IMG/VR virus record: IMGVR_UViG_3300035135_002682
Coordinates: 1-35,264 of that record
DNA from: a virus
Lineage: Duplodnaviria; Caudoviricetes
Length of the DNA stretch: 35,264 nucleotides
Reading direction: 5' to 3' (one strand)
Shown here: one piece after another, positions 7,322 through 19,300 of the stretch
Numbering within the stretch: position 1 is the first letter of the stretch
Layout: every line of letters starts with the position of its first letter
Notes under the pieces: generated by a model
Told to the model about the DNA's origin: nothing
Seen by the model: the letters and a program-made list of their open reading frames with translations, nothing else
Database searches by the model: none
Made by a program: the position numbers and the translations under genes

Positions 7322-10300
7322 TTATGCAAGTGCGATTGCTCTAAAGTCTTTAAGTGCAACAGGTGTTGATTCATTTGTAGATGACATTACAATCTTCAAT
7401 GCGAAAGCATTAAACTGATCAAGATTATTTGCAGTAAATTGATATTCGGAGAATCCTCCAACTACATCAGGAACAACAAATGCATCTGCTCTACCACTAT
7501 TTTTATCTGGATTGATAACCATATCACCAAATCCATCACCATCAGTATCCCTCAAATTATCATAACCTGGGAATGGTACAAACTTTTGAACAACTTCCGA
7601 TGAATCTGCCTTGAACAGTTGATACAGAACTCTAAAGTCAGCACCTTCTTGTCTACTAGCAGCAATGATAACTTTCAAACTTGTTGCTGGTTGGCTAAGA
7701 GAAATAGCCTTAGTTTGGAATATTGCTCCATGTGGATCTTGTTCAATAGAATTAGATCTAGCATCAAGAACATAGTCATCAACTGGTTTGTTGGATTTGT
7801 TTCTTCCAAGAACAAATGTTGCATTTTGAGCATCCATTATTGGTGAAACATTTTCATTTTCACTTGCAAATTCAACTCTCAGTGTAAGTGACTTATTTTG
7901 TGGAAGTGTTGTAAGTCTTGCAGTTTCATTTGCTTTGGAAGCAACCATTCTTGGGGTTGCAAACTTGATTGGTTTATTAAGTGGGCATGGTTCAAAACCT
8001 TGATCTTGGAATGATACCTCTGTTCCACCAGCACTAGTTCCTGAAATAGTTCTAACAAATGTTCTTGCAGTAGTTCCTTTTCCAGGAGTAATTATATTGA
8101 ATTGTGGAATCAAAGTGCTAAATTGGTAATTTTGAGAAACACCAACAGTATCACCACCAAATCCCTTTTCAGAACCAAAATTCAATAAACCATCACCGGT
8201 TGTTCTATTAGTTGGGGTAGTTCTATCAATTTCTATGAAGTAACTATCAAGATCAGAACTTTCATTTTTGTAATAAGTTCCAGGAATATTATGAACTTTA
8301 TTGATTCTCATCAGAGAAACACCATTTACTTCATAAGGTTGAATAGATGCTCCAGCATCATGAGAAACCTTAACAGTTCCATTTAATGCTCTAGCATCAA
8401 TGGAAAGTTCTCCTGCACCTGATTGTCCAGCAACAATGTTGCTAAAAGAAACAACCTCACTACCAATAAGAGCATAACCTTTGCTTGTTGAAATTCCTTC
8501 TCCAGTTCCAAATACTGAGGTGTTTGCAACTGATACAGTTGTATCAGTTAAACCAAACGATGAGTTAATTTCAGTTTTTGGACTGTCTGGAATAATGTCT
8601 ACAATTTCAATTTTATTGTTTCCACCATGATGGGCATGATTATGCTGTTTGATACGCATAACATTTCCAACATATTTGGTATCATAAATTGATGATCCGT
8701 TGGTTCCAACATTTGCACCACTAGTAAGTGCAGTTCTTGACAAGTGATTATCTGGTTCAGTGTAATAAACTAATGCTTCACCTTGTGTATAATGTTCACC
8801 CAAAACATTAGTCATATACAGTGTGTCAAAGGTGCTGTTATGATCTTTAATTGTGATTCTTGCACCACTACCACCACCTCCAGTTGCAGATGTAACACCT
8901 ACAACCTCACCATTACGATAACCAGATCCAACAGTAACAATATCTACACCTGTAACGCCACCAGAAGCATCAACCGTAATATCTGCTTGTGCTCCAGTTC
9001 CTTTACCAGAAATTGGGAATAGATTTACACTTGTGTAAGTTCCTGGTTTGTATCCAGATCCACTATTACCGATAGAAACACTACCAGTTCCTGTTGCTCC
9101 AATTGGTCCACCTGTTGCTTCAATGAATCCGGTGATACCTTCATTTTGTGGATTAACTGCTACTCCACCTTGACCAACTTTTACTCCAGTAAGAAGTTTT
9201 GCTGTCTCGTTTGCAGTAATACCAGTTACAGGTAATTTTAACTTTCTTGGTAAACCTTCAATTGGATTTTCTTCAAGAGCAGCAGAATTTACCCCTTGAG
9301 GTAATATGTCGCTATTAAACCAAGTAAGAGTTCCACTTGTAACAAATTTTGCCTTATTAAGTTTAAAGGTCAAATCTTGGAATTGAGAAGGTGTCCAAAT
9401 TGTTCCATTTTGAGATTTGAATAGTGAACCGCCAAGGTATTGCTTAGTAACAACAACATTCTGAACATCTGGAAGACTGGTTGTTCTAACAGTCTTTTTA
9501 CCCATTGTTGCAGTCCACATCTCATATCCATCAGATGCTGGTGAAAGAATAACAATTGCATATTCTTTATCATTACCCTCCAAATAAACTGGAGATTCAA
9601 ACTTAACATTTGTTGGAACAGGTTCAAATGGATTTGCTTCATTAACATTAATCTGTTCAGGATTCAATGAAACTTGTGCATAATCTTGAACAAGGAATCC
9701 TGTTGGTGTACCAAGTTCAACTGTTCTAAGTTCAACAAAGATTTTTGCACCAGGATCTTTAGTTGCAAAGAAAAGATCTACGGAAGTTAAGAAAATACCT
9801 TCTGGTTCAGTAACTGTAAATGATTGTGCCAGAGGGTCTCTGTGAACTGCCTTAACAGTCTTCTTGATATCAACTTCAGTTGCTTTTCTATTTGGTTTGG
9901 GTGGATTTCTAACAGAAACTCTCTTGGTATCTTGAGTCAGAATAGTTCCAGAACCACTATAAGTTCCTATTGCTTCAGATGCAAATATTGTGGATCCTGG
10001 TAAAGGAGTAACTCCAGGTGGAACTGCAGTTATCTTGACAGTTTTAGTTCCACTCTTAACACGAAGTCGTTTGCCCCGTCTGCTATTTGGATTTGCAAAA
10101 TAGAATGCTCCAATAATATCACCCCAATTGTCGGAGATTAATTCTGCTCTCGTAATTGTTGCAACAGCACCACTGGTTTGACCTACAACTTTAAATCCCG
10201 CTCTAACGAACCCATAATGTTCTTCGAGTGTTCCGAGTGCTCTAACACCAAAGTTAATCAACTTAGATGTTGGTGAGTAACTGTCTCCAGGTCCAGGACG

Positions 10301-13300
10301 ATTTCTATCATAAGGATCCACAGTATATTTTTCAACATAAACTGCAGGCGAACCTAATCCAGCAGCAATATCTGGTCTATTCTTATCACCAAATTTATGA
10401 TTTGGTCTTTGAATTCTCATCATGCCAACTTTTTTACCACGGCGATTGAGAATATCTGCACGTTCAAATACTGTAAATGTACCAGAATTCATTTGAATTT
10501 CGCAGAGTTTTGGAACAAAATCAATCTGCTGTGCATCAAGATACTTATAATGCTTTGTAAATGGTCTCAAACCATTTGCAGCAAAGTATACGTTTCTTGA
10601 ACGCATCCATGGATCTGCTTCACCTGAGACTTTTACATCTTCAACATAATCAAACTCTCTTGAAGGTCCTGTGAGTTTTGGTGTATACTTTGTAGTAGTG
10701 GTAGTAGTTGTAGTAACTATTAATCTCTTACGTCTTTCGTTTCTACCGCCACCTTTTCTATATCTTTTAATTTTTCTCGTTCTATCAACATCAACAGTAG
10801 TTTTTGCCTCCTGTTTCCATTTGGCACCAGTTGATTCAGTTCTATGATCATTAATGTAAATTGTCCTGACCCAGTTATCAGATGCTGGATCCATGATAAC
10901 ACCACCAACAAAAACAATAACATTGAATGGGTTTACATTTTCAACATTGGTTGCGTGTGGTTGGTTGAGATACGTTACTTCTTCATATTTGAGAGTAAGA
11001 AGATCGCCAGTCTTTTGAATATTTGGATCGGCAAGTCTGAGATTTTGAGTTAAATCTGCTTTGGTCCTATCAATTCCTGGGTCAAGGGATAAATGTGCAT
11101 TTATTGACCAAAAATCAACAGGTGCAATTGCAGTTGCTGAACCTTTTTCAATATCGACCGTTGAATAAGCGGGATCCATGATGGATTTATCCCTAAAATC
11201 ACTAACAACAAATCCTGATTTAAACCTATCAAGACCATTTGCATCAGTTACATTTAATGTCTTTGTTGAAAGTTCCAACAACGTAAGACTTGTCAGATCT
11301 TCAAGATTTTCAATCCTATCTTCAAGTTTTCCGATGTCACGCATCGTAAATCTTCTATTATCTCTTAGAAGAATTTCTGGTTCGGTGGTTGGATTGTAAA
11401 GATATGCTGGAAGTTTAATCTGTGCGAGTTCCATCGCATCATCAGCAAGAATTGGTGCCTGAGGTTCTGGTGCAGATTCGCCCCTAATAACTTCTACTTC
11501 ACCAATACGATTGACAGTAACCAAATCAATTCTTGGAAGATAATATTCGTATCCCAAGAATGATGATTCATCTGGTTTAACTACATATCGGAAATCAGAT
11601 TCATATCTTCTGCTACTAAAAGCAAAAGGAGACAAACTTGCATTTCCAGTAATTTCTGACCATGGTTTAACTCTTGGTCTAAAATCAATCAGATCAGTTG
11701 TGCGAAGACCATCTGGAAGAGTTGGAATATCATTTGTATATCTGTCTTTAGTGTAAGAGTTAACAGTAAATACATCTCCAGAATTGCCTGATGCGACTTG
11801 GTAATGATCAAATACAATTAAAAGTTTTCGTGAAGGTACAGTAGCACCTCTTCTTCTTATAATTCTAGAATAATCACAATATTGGAAACGATGACCAGTA
11901 TCAAGTTTATAGTTAGCAGTTCTATCTACATAACTTCCTTCTTTGATTTGTTGAATTACAGCAGAAATAGAAGATTCCTTAAACTTAACAACTTCTCCAA
12001 TATCAAAATTTTCTGCATTCAATGGGACATAAGTAATCTGATTTGCAGATGCAGTAACAATTTGTCCAATAGCTCTGCTATCTTCACCAATAATTTTTTC
12101 ACCAATAACAGCGTTTTGATCTAATGCTAAACCTGTTGCAAAGGTCAATGTATCTAAAGTTGGTGTATTAGAATTTGTAGATTCATATACTGCACGTACA
12201 TTTGCAACATCTGGGAAATTCAGTGAAATTTCATCATCTTGAACTCTAGTTCCGTAGTGAGTGCTAGTGGTTAAACCAACAGCGAATCTTGATCCATCAA
12301 GAGTTCTTTCAACACGAACTGTAGTTGATCTAATATAATCTTTAGATTTGTGAGTAATGTTTCGCTTCTTCATAGTAGCGAGAACAGTTACATTTGATGT
12401 TTGTGATGCTTCAAGATCAATAATTGTAACTTTACCTGCATTTTCATCAAGAGATACTTGACCACTGTCTAATGCAGCAGGAGTTCCATTATTACCAACA
12501 CCTGCAGTGCCATCTCCATAAACAACACTATATCTTTCGGCATCAAAAGTTTCAAAGAATACACTAGTGATGCCGGCATTAGCACCGATCACATCAGCAG
12601 TTGTAAATTCTAAGGTGCCATTAGCATCTGTGGATTGTTCCGTTAACTGATATGTGACTGCTAGTTCAGAAGTACCAAAATCAACAGATGATACGTTGGA
12701 TTCTGGTAATACACTAAAGAGACCATTTTCTCCAGCATTCAAAATTCTAGGAACCATCAACTGGAAGTTAGATGTTTGATTAGATACGGGTCCAATACAA
12801 ACCTCTGGAACAGTTGTAGTTCCTGCAAGATCAATTTCATGATCTCTCACCGCGCTGATTCTTGCAAAACTTGGATCAATTTCACCATCTTTAAAATATC
12901 TAAGAATTCCACCTGCTTTGATTCCATTAACAGCATTGAAGAATCGTCCTTGAACTTTACCAAGATTTCCTCCAGAAATTGTGAGTTGATCTGTGATTGC
13001 GAAATTTGGAAGTTGTTTTGGATACAATACAGTATCTGCAAGGAAATTGGTTTTCAACGAAGTATCAAGAGTATCTGAATCTTGGAAAACAGATTTGATA
13101 TCTTCAGTATTGAATACCTGAATACCTAGAGTATTGATAGCAGACTTAAATTTCTGCATATCATTCATAATCACTTGCTCACCTTCAAGGAATGTTCCAG
13201 AAGTTTGATTCAAGTCATAAGTATTGGAACTTCTAGATACAATAAATCCAGTCGCACCACTAGACATACCTCTTACAAGTGATCCATCGGGAACATCACC

Positions 13301-14794
13301 TGTAGTGAAAGTATTTGCTAAAGTAAGTTTTGTAAATGTTTGAATATCGTAGAGATAGAGATCCCACTCAGTTCCAGAATTTTTATATCTGTCATCAGTC
13401 AAACCAAACCAATATATTCTTGCTTGACCAATCTTTACACCTTGACCTGTTCCATCAAGAAGTCCACTGTTGTTTGCACCATCTCTTCTTTGATCGTAAA
13501 GATCAATAACGTTGGCACTAGTATTTCCACCTGCAGCAGTTCCACCAATTTTGATGTATGGAATTCCATGTACATTATTGACACGGATCAAACTACCCAT
13601 TGAAAATGGAACTCTTGTTCCAGTTACTTTTTTAACATCTCTTGGTTTATCAATGTCTTTGACGGTTGATCCAACTAAATCAATATCATAACCTTTAACA
13701 TACGCAGTTCCTTCAGAAACTCTATATGCCATCAAATCTTCTGATGGTTTATTTCCATCTTCTGTTAATCTATTATCTCTGAAAAGACCACCGTTTCCAG
13801 TTTCATTGTTTAAAGTATCTACAGCATCAACAATGAAAGGTTCAACGGCATAATTACCAGACTCTTCATAAGTTCTCTTAGCAAAGTAATCTTTGACAAT
13901 ATTATAGTCTGACTTGTTTTGAAGTCTCTTGATTACACCTTCATCAACTCTTACAAGCTCGACAAAACTGGTATCTTCATTATCTGTGAGTGCTTTCTTA
14001 GCGAGTCTTACGCTAATCTTTAATCTATCGGCACCAGGTGCAGCGTAGTTTGTAAAACCCTTTGCATTATCATTTAATTGATCATCTTCATTCGCATCAA
14101 CAATTTCCTCTAAAATATCAAATCCAACTCTAAATGATGGTTTATTTTGATATGGATCAAGAATAATCTGTGATGTAGGAACATCGACAAAAGTTCCTCT
14201 AATAAAATATACACCTTCTGATACACCAACTGCATATCCAGATGCGGTTGAATTTACAGAAAGAGTTGTTAAAACAGTATCACCAATGTTAAGTGTTGTA
14301 TTACCATAGGTAACATTTTCTTGGAGGATTAGTACCTCTCCATCAGCAAATTCTACCGATTCATCATCAGCAGCACCATCACGATATTTTACAAATAGTG
14401 TTATTTCTTCTACACCCTCATTTGGAGGAAGCAAAAATCCTTTGATTGTTCCAATAACTCCGGATGTTTCACCTTTTACTTTTGCACCTCTTCCATTATT
14501 TTTTGCAACAATAGAATTCAGATATACTGTAATATCAATGCCAAGATGATCTGGATTTACCTTAACAGTGGTGAATTGATTGTCACAAGTGACTCCACCT
14601 GGAATCACCATAGAACCTTCTTTGAACATGTGACTGCCAAAGGATTCTATCTGATTCTGTAAGATAGATTGAAGACCCGTCAGTTCTCTTGCCTGAACGG
14701 GAAATCCAGGTTTAAAGAGTACCCTGTAAAAATTATCAGCCTTATCAAAATCATCATAATAAGGGCTTACATTTAAATTTGTCTTCTGTGACAT
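7322..14794 (-). CDS. Large virion structural protein, VrlC-like / DUF4815-type (2490 aa)
   Basis: N-terminus TNLNVSPYYDDFD...FYRVLFKPGFPVQARELTGLQSILQNQI; AKRTYEESGNY, YYLPRID, MRDIGKLEDRIENLE, DPLAQSF, GSLFKSQN and C-terminal DFRAIALA. Follows gp8 as in T4-like cyanophages. Confidence 0.9.
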   Translation of the reverse strand: MSQKTNLNVSPYYDDFDKADNFYRVLFKPGFPVQARELTGLQSILQNQIESFGSHMFKEGSMVIPGGVTCDNQFTTVKVNPDHLGIDITVYLNSIVAKNNGRGAKVKGETSGVIGTIKGFLLPPNEGVEEITLFVKYRDGAADDESVEFADGEVLILQENVTYGNTTLNIGDTVLTTLSVNSTASGYAVGVSEGVYFIRGTFVDVPTSQIILDPYQNKPSFRVGFDILEEIVDANEDDQLNDNAKGFTNYAAPGADRLKISVRLAKKALTDNEDTSFVELVRVDEGVIKRLQNKSDYNIVKDYFAKRTYEESGNYAVEPFIVDAVDTLNNETGNGGLFRDNRLTEDGNKPSEDLMAYRVSEGTAYVKGYDIDLVGSTVKDIDKPRDVKKVTGTRVPFSMGSLIRVNNVHGIPYIKIGGTAAGGNTSANVIDLYDQRRDGANNSGLLDGTGQGVKIGQARIYWFGLTDDRYKNSGTEWDLYLYDIQTFTKLTLANTFTTGDVPDGSLVRGMSSGATGFIVSRSSNTYDLNQTSGTFLEGEQVIMNDMQKFKSAINTLGIQVFNTEDIKSVFQDSDTLDTSLKTNFLADTVLYPKQLPNFAITDQLTISGGNLGKVQGRFFNAVNGIKAGGILRYFKDGEIDPSFARISAVRDHEIDLAGTTTVPEVCIGPVSNQTSNFQLMVPRILNAGENGLFSVLPESNVSSVDFGTSELAVTYQLTEQSTDANGTLEFTTADVIGANAGITSVFFETFDAERYSVVYGDGTAGVGNNGTPAALDSGQVSLDENAGKVTIIDLEASQTSNVTVLATMKKRNITHKSKDYIRSTTVRVERTLDGSRFAVGLTTSTHYGTRVQDDEISLNFPDVANVRAVYESTNSNTPTLDTLTFATGLALDQNAVIGEKIIGEDSRAIGQIVTASANQITYVPLNAENFDIGEVVKFKESSISAVIQQIKEGSYVDRTANYKLDTGHRFQYCDYSRIIRRRGATVPSRKLLIVFDHYQVASGNSGDVFTVNSYTKDRYTNDIPTLPDGLRTTDLIDFRPRVKPWSEITGNASLSPFAFSSRRYESDFRYVVKPDESSFLGYEYYLPRIDLVTVNRIGEVEVIRGESAPEPQAPILADDAMELAQIKLPAYLYNPTTEPEILLRDNRRFTMRDIGKLEDRIENLEDLTSLTLLELSTKTLNVTDANGLDRFKSGFVVSDFRDKSIMDPAYSTVDIEKGSATAIAPVDFWSINAHLSLDPGIDRTKADLTQNLRLADPNIQKTGDLLTLKYEEVTYLNQPHATNVENVNPFNVIVFVGGVIMDPASDNWVRTIYINDHRTESTGAKWKQEAKTTVDVDRTRKIKRYRKGGGRNERRKRLIVTTTTTTTTKYTPKLTGPSREFDYVEDVKVSGEADPWMRSRNVYFAANGLRPFTKHYKYLDAQQIDFVPKLCEIQMNSGTFTVFERADILNRRGKKVGMMRIQRPNHKFGDKNRPDIAAGLGSPAVYVEKYTVDPYDRNRPGPGDSYSPTSKLINFGVRALGTLEEHYGFVRAGFKVVGQTSGAVATITRAELISDNWGDIIGAFYFANPNSRRGKRLRVKSGTKTVKITAVPPGVTPLPGSTIFASEAIGTYSGSGTILTQDTKRVSVRNPPKPNRKATEVDIKKTVKAVHRDPLAQSFTVTEPEGIFLTSVDLFFATKDPGAKIFVELRTVELGTPTGFLVQDYAQVSLNPEQINVNEANPFEPVPTNVKFESPVYLEGNDKEYAIVILSPASDGYEMWTATMGKKTVRTTSLPDVQNVVVTKQYLGGSLFKSQNGTIWTPSQFQDLTFKLNKAKFVTSGTLTWFNSDILPQGVNSAALEENPIEGLPRKLKLPVTGITANETAKLLTGVKVGQGGVAVNPQNEGITGFIEATGGPIGATGTGSVSIGNSGSGYKPGTYTSVNLFPISGKGTGAQADITVDASGGVTGVDIVTVGSGYRNGEVVGVTSATGGGGSGARITIKDHNSTFDTLYMTNVLGEHYTQGEALVYYTEPDNHLSRTALTSGANVGTNGSSIYDTKYVGNVMRIKQHNHAHHGGNNKIEIVDIIPDSPKTEINSSFGLTDTTVSVANTSVFGTGEGISTSKGYALIGSEVVSFSNIVAGQSGAGELSIDARALNGTVKVSHDAGASIQPYEVNGVSLMRINKVHNIPGTYYKNESSDLDSYFIEIDRTTPTNRTTGDGLLNFGSEKGFGGDTVGVSQNYQFSTLIPQFNIITPGKGTTARTFVRTISGTSAGGTEVSFQDQGFEPCPLNKPIKFATPRMVASKANETARLTTLPQNKSLTLRVEFASENENVSPIMDAQNATFVLGRNKSNKPVDDYVLDARSNSIEQDPHGAIFQTKAISLSQPATSLKVIIAASRQEGADFRVLYQLFKADSSEVVQKFVPFPGYDNLRDTDGDGFGDMVINPDKNSGRADAFVVPDVVGGFSEYQFTANNLDQFNAFALKIVMSSTNESTPVALKDFRAIALA

Positions 14795-14797
14795 TGT

Positions 14798-16351
14798 TTA
14801 GAATTCCAGTATAACTTTGATGTCTTCTTTTTGACGAGCATTTCTAGCAATGCTAGCTCTGTTGTCAAGGTAAATAACTTCCCCTGATCCTTTATTTATT
14901 TCAGGAACTGCCATGCCTGCTGTGAAACTGACTCCCAGGTTAATTCTCTTAATTCCTGTTGGATTAGTAGAAATACCTGAAAATCCAGTATCAATAGATC
15001 CTGTAAATGCTGAAGATTGACCTGTAATCAAATTAGATGAAGATTCAAAGGTATAAGGTCTTCCGTTTGTTGAAATACCCGTATAGTCTTGTTCATCTTT
15101 TGTTGTTTGATTGTAAAACAAAGATCTATCAGTAAAATACTTAAGAACCTTAGTTTCTGTATCAAACGAAGCAACATAACCAAAAGCCTTTGCAGTTCCA
15201 TTTTGAACAGATTGTTCAATTTTTTCCCCAACTTTGGGGGTTCCAGTGATACTTGTGAGTTTAAATGCAGATAACCCCGTGAAATTATTATCAGTGAAGG
15301 TATTTGCTGTTCCAACAGCAGTTGGATTTTTTATAATCGAAACCTGAGCAAAACTTGTATCAACTGGAAAATCTTTAGTAGAATCATCAAATCTGGCATA
15401 AACTAAGACTCTATCAGTTCCAAGTTCTTTGTAAATATCATAACCATGTCCTCTTGATGGAGGAACAATTGGAACTAATTTTGCAGGTGTGGCAGTTGTA
15501 TTAGAATTGATTGAACCCAAATCAACAAGTGCATAACTATAATCTTTACCACCAGATGTAACTACAGTATTTGTAATCTTTCCACCTTCAACATCAACCC
15601 TTACCTTACCACCAGTGCCATCGCCAATAATATTCATTTCTTGACCAAGACCATTAGCGTAGTTTGATCCTGATTTTTCAATAAAAACAGTTTTTATCTG
15701 ATTTTCATTATTTGAAGAATCTCCAGACTCTCTCATTGCTCTAATTTGAGCATCATTGGAAGTTGCCCAATCATTGGGAACAGTAATATAATCGGTAGAA
15801 TCGAATTTTATAATATCACTAGGACTGATAGTAAAGAGATATTTCCAAATATAACCATCTCCACTGTCACCCGCTCTGGAAGGTTCCAAATCTGTAAATT
15901 TGGGTTGATCCTGAGATACATTTCCTTTAGGATTAGATCCAGAGGATCCATTTTCAATACAAATATAAACTCTGTAATCTTCATTCATTACATAGTAATT
16001 TGCATCATACAAACGAGCAGCATTCGTTATTGGTGCAGGATTCTGAACACTATAATCATTTCTATAAATTTCATATTTTGTCCCAGCACTCCAATCGATT
16101 CTTCTAACAATTCTTCTCACATTGGCAGAAGTAATTTTCTTACCAAACAATACAGTATCACCCGTATGTGATGCATACGAAAGACTGTCTGTTGGTGATG
16201 GGGGATTAGTATTCCAATCGCTGGTTCTACCATATCCAGCAGCAACTGGATTTGCTAAACCTAAGGTAATGTAGTAAGAATTGGATTCAATTGAATCCAC
16301 AAAATTACTGGCATTCAGAATTCTAAATTGATCAGTAACAATCGCTGACAT
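14798..16351 (-). CDS. gp8: Baseplate wedge subunit
   Basis: MSAIVTDQFRILNA, RRIDW, YYVMNEDYRVYICI, DGYIWKYLFTI and C-terminal SGEVIYLDNR...EDIKVILEF. Confidence 0.93.
   Translation of the reverse strand: MSAIVTDQFRILNASNFVDSIESNSYYITLGLANPVAAGYGRTSDWNTNPPSPTDSLSYASHTGDTVLFGKKITSANVRRIVRRIDWSAGTKYEIYRNDYSVQNPAPITNAARLYDANYYVMNEDYRVYICIENGSSGSNPKGNVSQDQPKFTDLEPSRAGDSGDGYIWKYLFTISPSDIIKFDSTDYITVPNDWATSNDAQIRAMRESGDSSNNENQIKTVFIEKSGSNYANGLGQEMNIIGDGTGGKVRVDVEGGKITNTVVTSGGKDYSYALVDLGSINSNTTATPAKLVPIVPPSRGHGYDIYKELGTDRVLVYARFDDSTKDFPVDTSFAQVSIIKNPTAVGTANTFTDNNFTGLSAFKLTSITGTPKVGEKIEQSVQNGTAKAFGYVASFDTETKVLKYFTDRSLFYNQTTKDEQDYTGISTNGRPYTFESSSNLITGQSSAFTGSIDTGFSGISTNPTGIKRINLGVSFTAGMAVPEINKGSGEVIYLDNRASIARNARQKEDIKVILEF
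14893..14899 (-). promoter_or_regulatory. Late promoter (ATAAATA) in the 3' end of gp8, upstream of the VrlC-like gene
   Basis: ATAAATA about 100 nt upstream of the ATG at 14794. Confidence 0.5.
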
Positions 16352-16368
16352 TTTTATTGTTTTTTATG

Positions 16369-16376
16369 TATTTATA
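16369..16376 (-). promoter_or_regulatory. T4 late promoter TATAAATA upstream of gp8
   Basis: Exact consensus in the gp7-gp8 intergenic gap. Confidence 0.85.
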
Positions 16377-16393
16377 GCTATAATGAAAGATTA

Positions 16394-19300
16394 CTACGCT
16401 CCGTAGAACGGTAGTTGATTATCTGCAGCAAGATCTGCAGAATTGACAATTTGTTTTGTAGATCTAATTGCACCAGATTTATCAAATCCTTTGTTTCCTC
16501 TTCTTTGAAGAACTGGGAATGTTGATAATCCAGCATCAACTGTAAGACCAGTAACGCCGATAGAAACTCCACCACTACGCTCACTGTAGTTATATATCTT
16601 ACCCCAAGAGAGATATCCAAGAGCGGTTGTTGCAGCACCTGCCTGAGTGTCTTCAAATGATCCAGTAGTTGCGATACCAACAACTGGACTATCTGTATGA
16701 ATATTCAGAATCAGTTCAGCATCAGGTCCATTTTCAAAGGACTTTTGGCTAACAACATAAACATTATCGAGGAATGTATTGCCAATAGCAACAACAGCAT
16801 TGTTGCTATCAAATACAGAAGTTACTCCAGATCCAACTTTGGTGTCGTAAACCATGATTGGATATCCAGCAAGCAAATCAAGTGCATCAGAAGCAAGTTG
16901 TGCTTCACCACCCACAGTGTAATCCTTAAGTGCTCTGAAGTTAATCTTCAATGCAAGTGGATGTCCACCCGTGCCTGTTGTAGTTGAAATTCCAGTAATA
17001 ATTCCAGAGAATCCTTGTACATTAGTTGCTCCTGTCACATCTTCTTTAATTACTCCAGGAGTTTCAATAATAAGATGGGGTGGATTGGTTCTTGTATATC
17101 CCAAACCAGGATTAGTAATCGTTACTGTGGAGATAGAACCATTACTGATTGTTGCAGTAGCAGTTGCTGTTGTTCCAATACCAACACCAATTACTTTAGG
17201 TGCAGAGAATTTAACATCTAAAGTTGATGATCCAGTATAACCAGAACCAACCTGCGATGTAACAATTCCTGAAATAGTGCCTGTTGCAGAAACAATTGCA
17301 GTAAATGCCGCACCAACTGGTTCATTTGAATCAATTATAACAACATCTAACGTATCAAAAAGATTAGAGAATGTTGGATGTGTATATATTTCTTCTTCAT
17401 AGTTGAAGAATTGAATGTTATCAACAAAGATCTCAGAAGAAGTCGGTGTAACATCACCAATAATTTTTGCTGTTGGGAATACTCTTGCTTCAAGGATGTC
17501 TCTTGATTTGGAGATAAGATCACCTTTAATGAACTTATCGACCTTCTGCTTAGTCCAATCAAATGGTTTGAAATCAACATCATTGATTCCAGGACCAGTA
17601 TAGATATCAGTTTCAATCAGGTCTGAAGAAAGAATATCGGAAACAGTTCTACCGCGTGACTGTCTTTGATATAAATTGTCGACAGCACTTGAGAAATATG
17701 GATGTCTGTTTATTGTCAGATCATCACCCTTCTTGATAGTTTCTTTAACGTCAACTCTTGTAACATCAACACCTTCTTGACCAACGTAGAAGAAAATATC
17801 TACTTTATCTTGAGGTTGAGGTGCTTCAGTGAATATGAATGAAGAACCACCCTCAAAGGTGTATGCATAACCAGGAGTTTGAAGAACACCGTTCACAAAA
17901 ATAACTAAAACAGCATCTAGATTAATTGCAGCAGAAAGAGCAGATTGATTATCAAGTTCAAAACTTAGAAGTTCTCCAATGTAATAGATTGGGAATCTCT
18001 TTCTTGATCCATCTTGGAAACCAGCAACACTATCAATATAATCCATTTCACCGAATGACCAAGCAGAGAAGAAGTCATTAAATGTTTGTGTAACTTCAAC
18101 TTGGAATTCTGATGTTGGTTGAGCAAAATCTTTAGCGGTGACAAGTCCAACAACTTTGAAAACATCACCTGGTTGGAACTCATAACCATTTCTAGTGAGT
18201 TTAAACTCACCAACTTGATATTGAGCACCTGGTGCAACTGTTCTTGAGGGAATTGTAGAAGAAACAACTGCAGTGGTAACAATACCAACCAATGTATGAA
18301 TTGCAGATGCAACGTTTGCACATTGTGCTGGTGAAGTTGAAGAAGTCAACTTACGCTCAACTGAATTTAATTCAGAGGAAGAGAATGTATGAAGATATTG
18401 CTCACCCGCAGGAGAAGCACCAACATTTACTCTAAATGTATTTGTAGTGACGTTACTAATAGTCAGGAACGTATCTGCAGCAGGATCAGTTGGGCGAGGA
18501 TATCTATGCTCACTTGCATAGTTATCTTTAGAACATTTAAAGATAACTGAATTGGTTCTGAACTTAATCTGATCACCATTCGAGAAACCATGATTGGGAA
18601 GTGTTACTGTCGTAATGCCAGATGATGCAGTATAAGTAACATTTGTTGGAGTATGCTTTGTAGTATCATAAGTGATTGATGTATCAAACACTTGAGTTCT
18701 AGTGCTATATCCACCAATAGTAACCGCCTCATTTCTCATTACCTGAGTAGCAAGGAGTTTTGCTTGATCAAAGGCATATGCAGTTTCTTGCTCTTCACCA
18801 GAAACATGTGCTCCAGTGATGTACAGATTTGCTGCATCCACGGTATAATCATTACCACCATACTTCAAATTGTAAGCAACGGATTCGAGAACATCAACGA
18901 TATCATCTTTACAATCTTGACCATTAGTTCCCGATGGTGGTGTATATGATGGGAACTGTGCAAGCATTCTTCCATAAGCAATATCTGCGATGAAAGCAGT
19001 GTTCGCTTCAATCAGATTTGCAGCATCGAAGAATCTATCACCAAGTGCTTTTTCAGTAGTTTGTTCGATTGTCAGATTCATAAGAACATTTCTACCTGTA
19101 TCGGTAGTTGCACCAACTCCCAATCTAGAAACTCCAACCACTTCCATATTTTCATAAACTGGTTCTGGAATAACAATTCTTGGATTCTTATATCCAGTTC
19201 CAGCACTGGTAACATTCAACGCAAGAGTTCCGCCAGCACCTACAACTGCCTCAATCGCAGCACCAGTTCCTGCTCCACCACCAGATCCAACGTTGACAGT

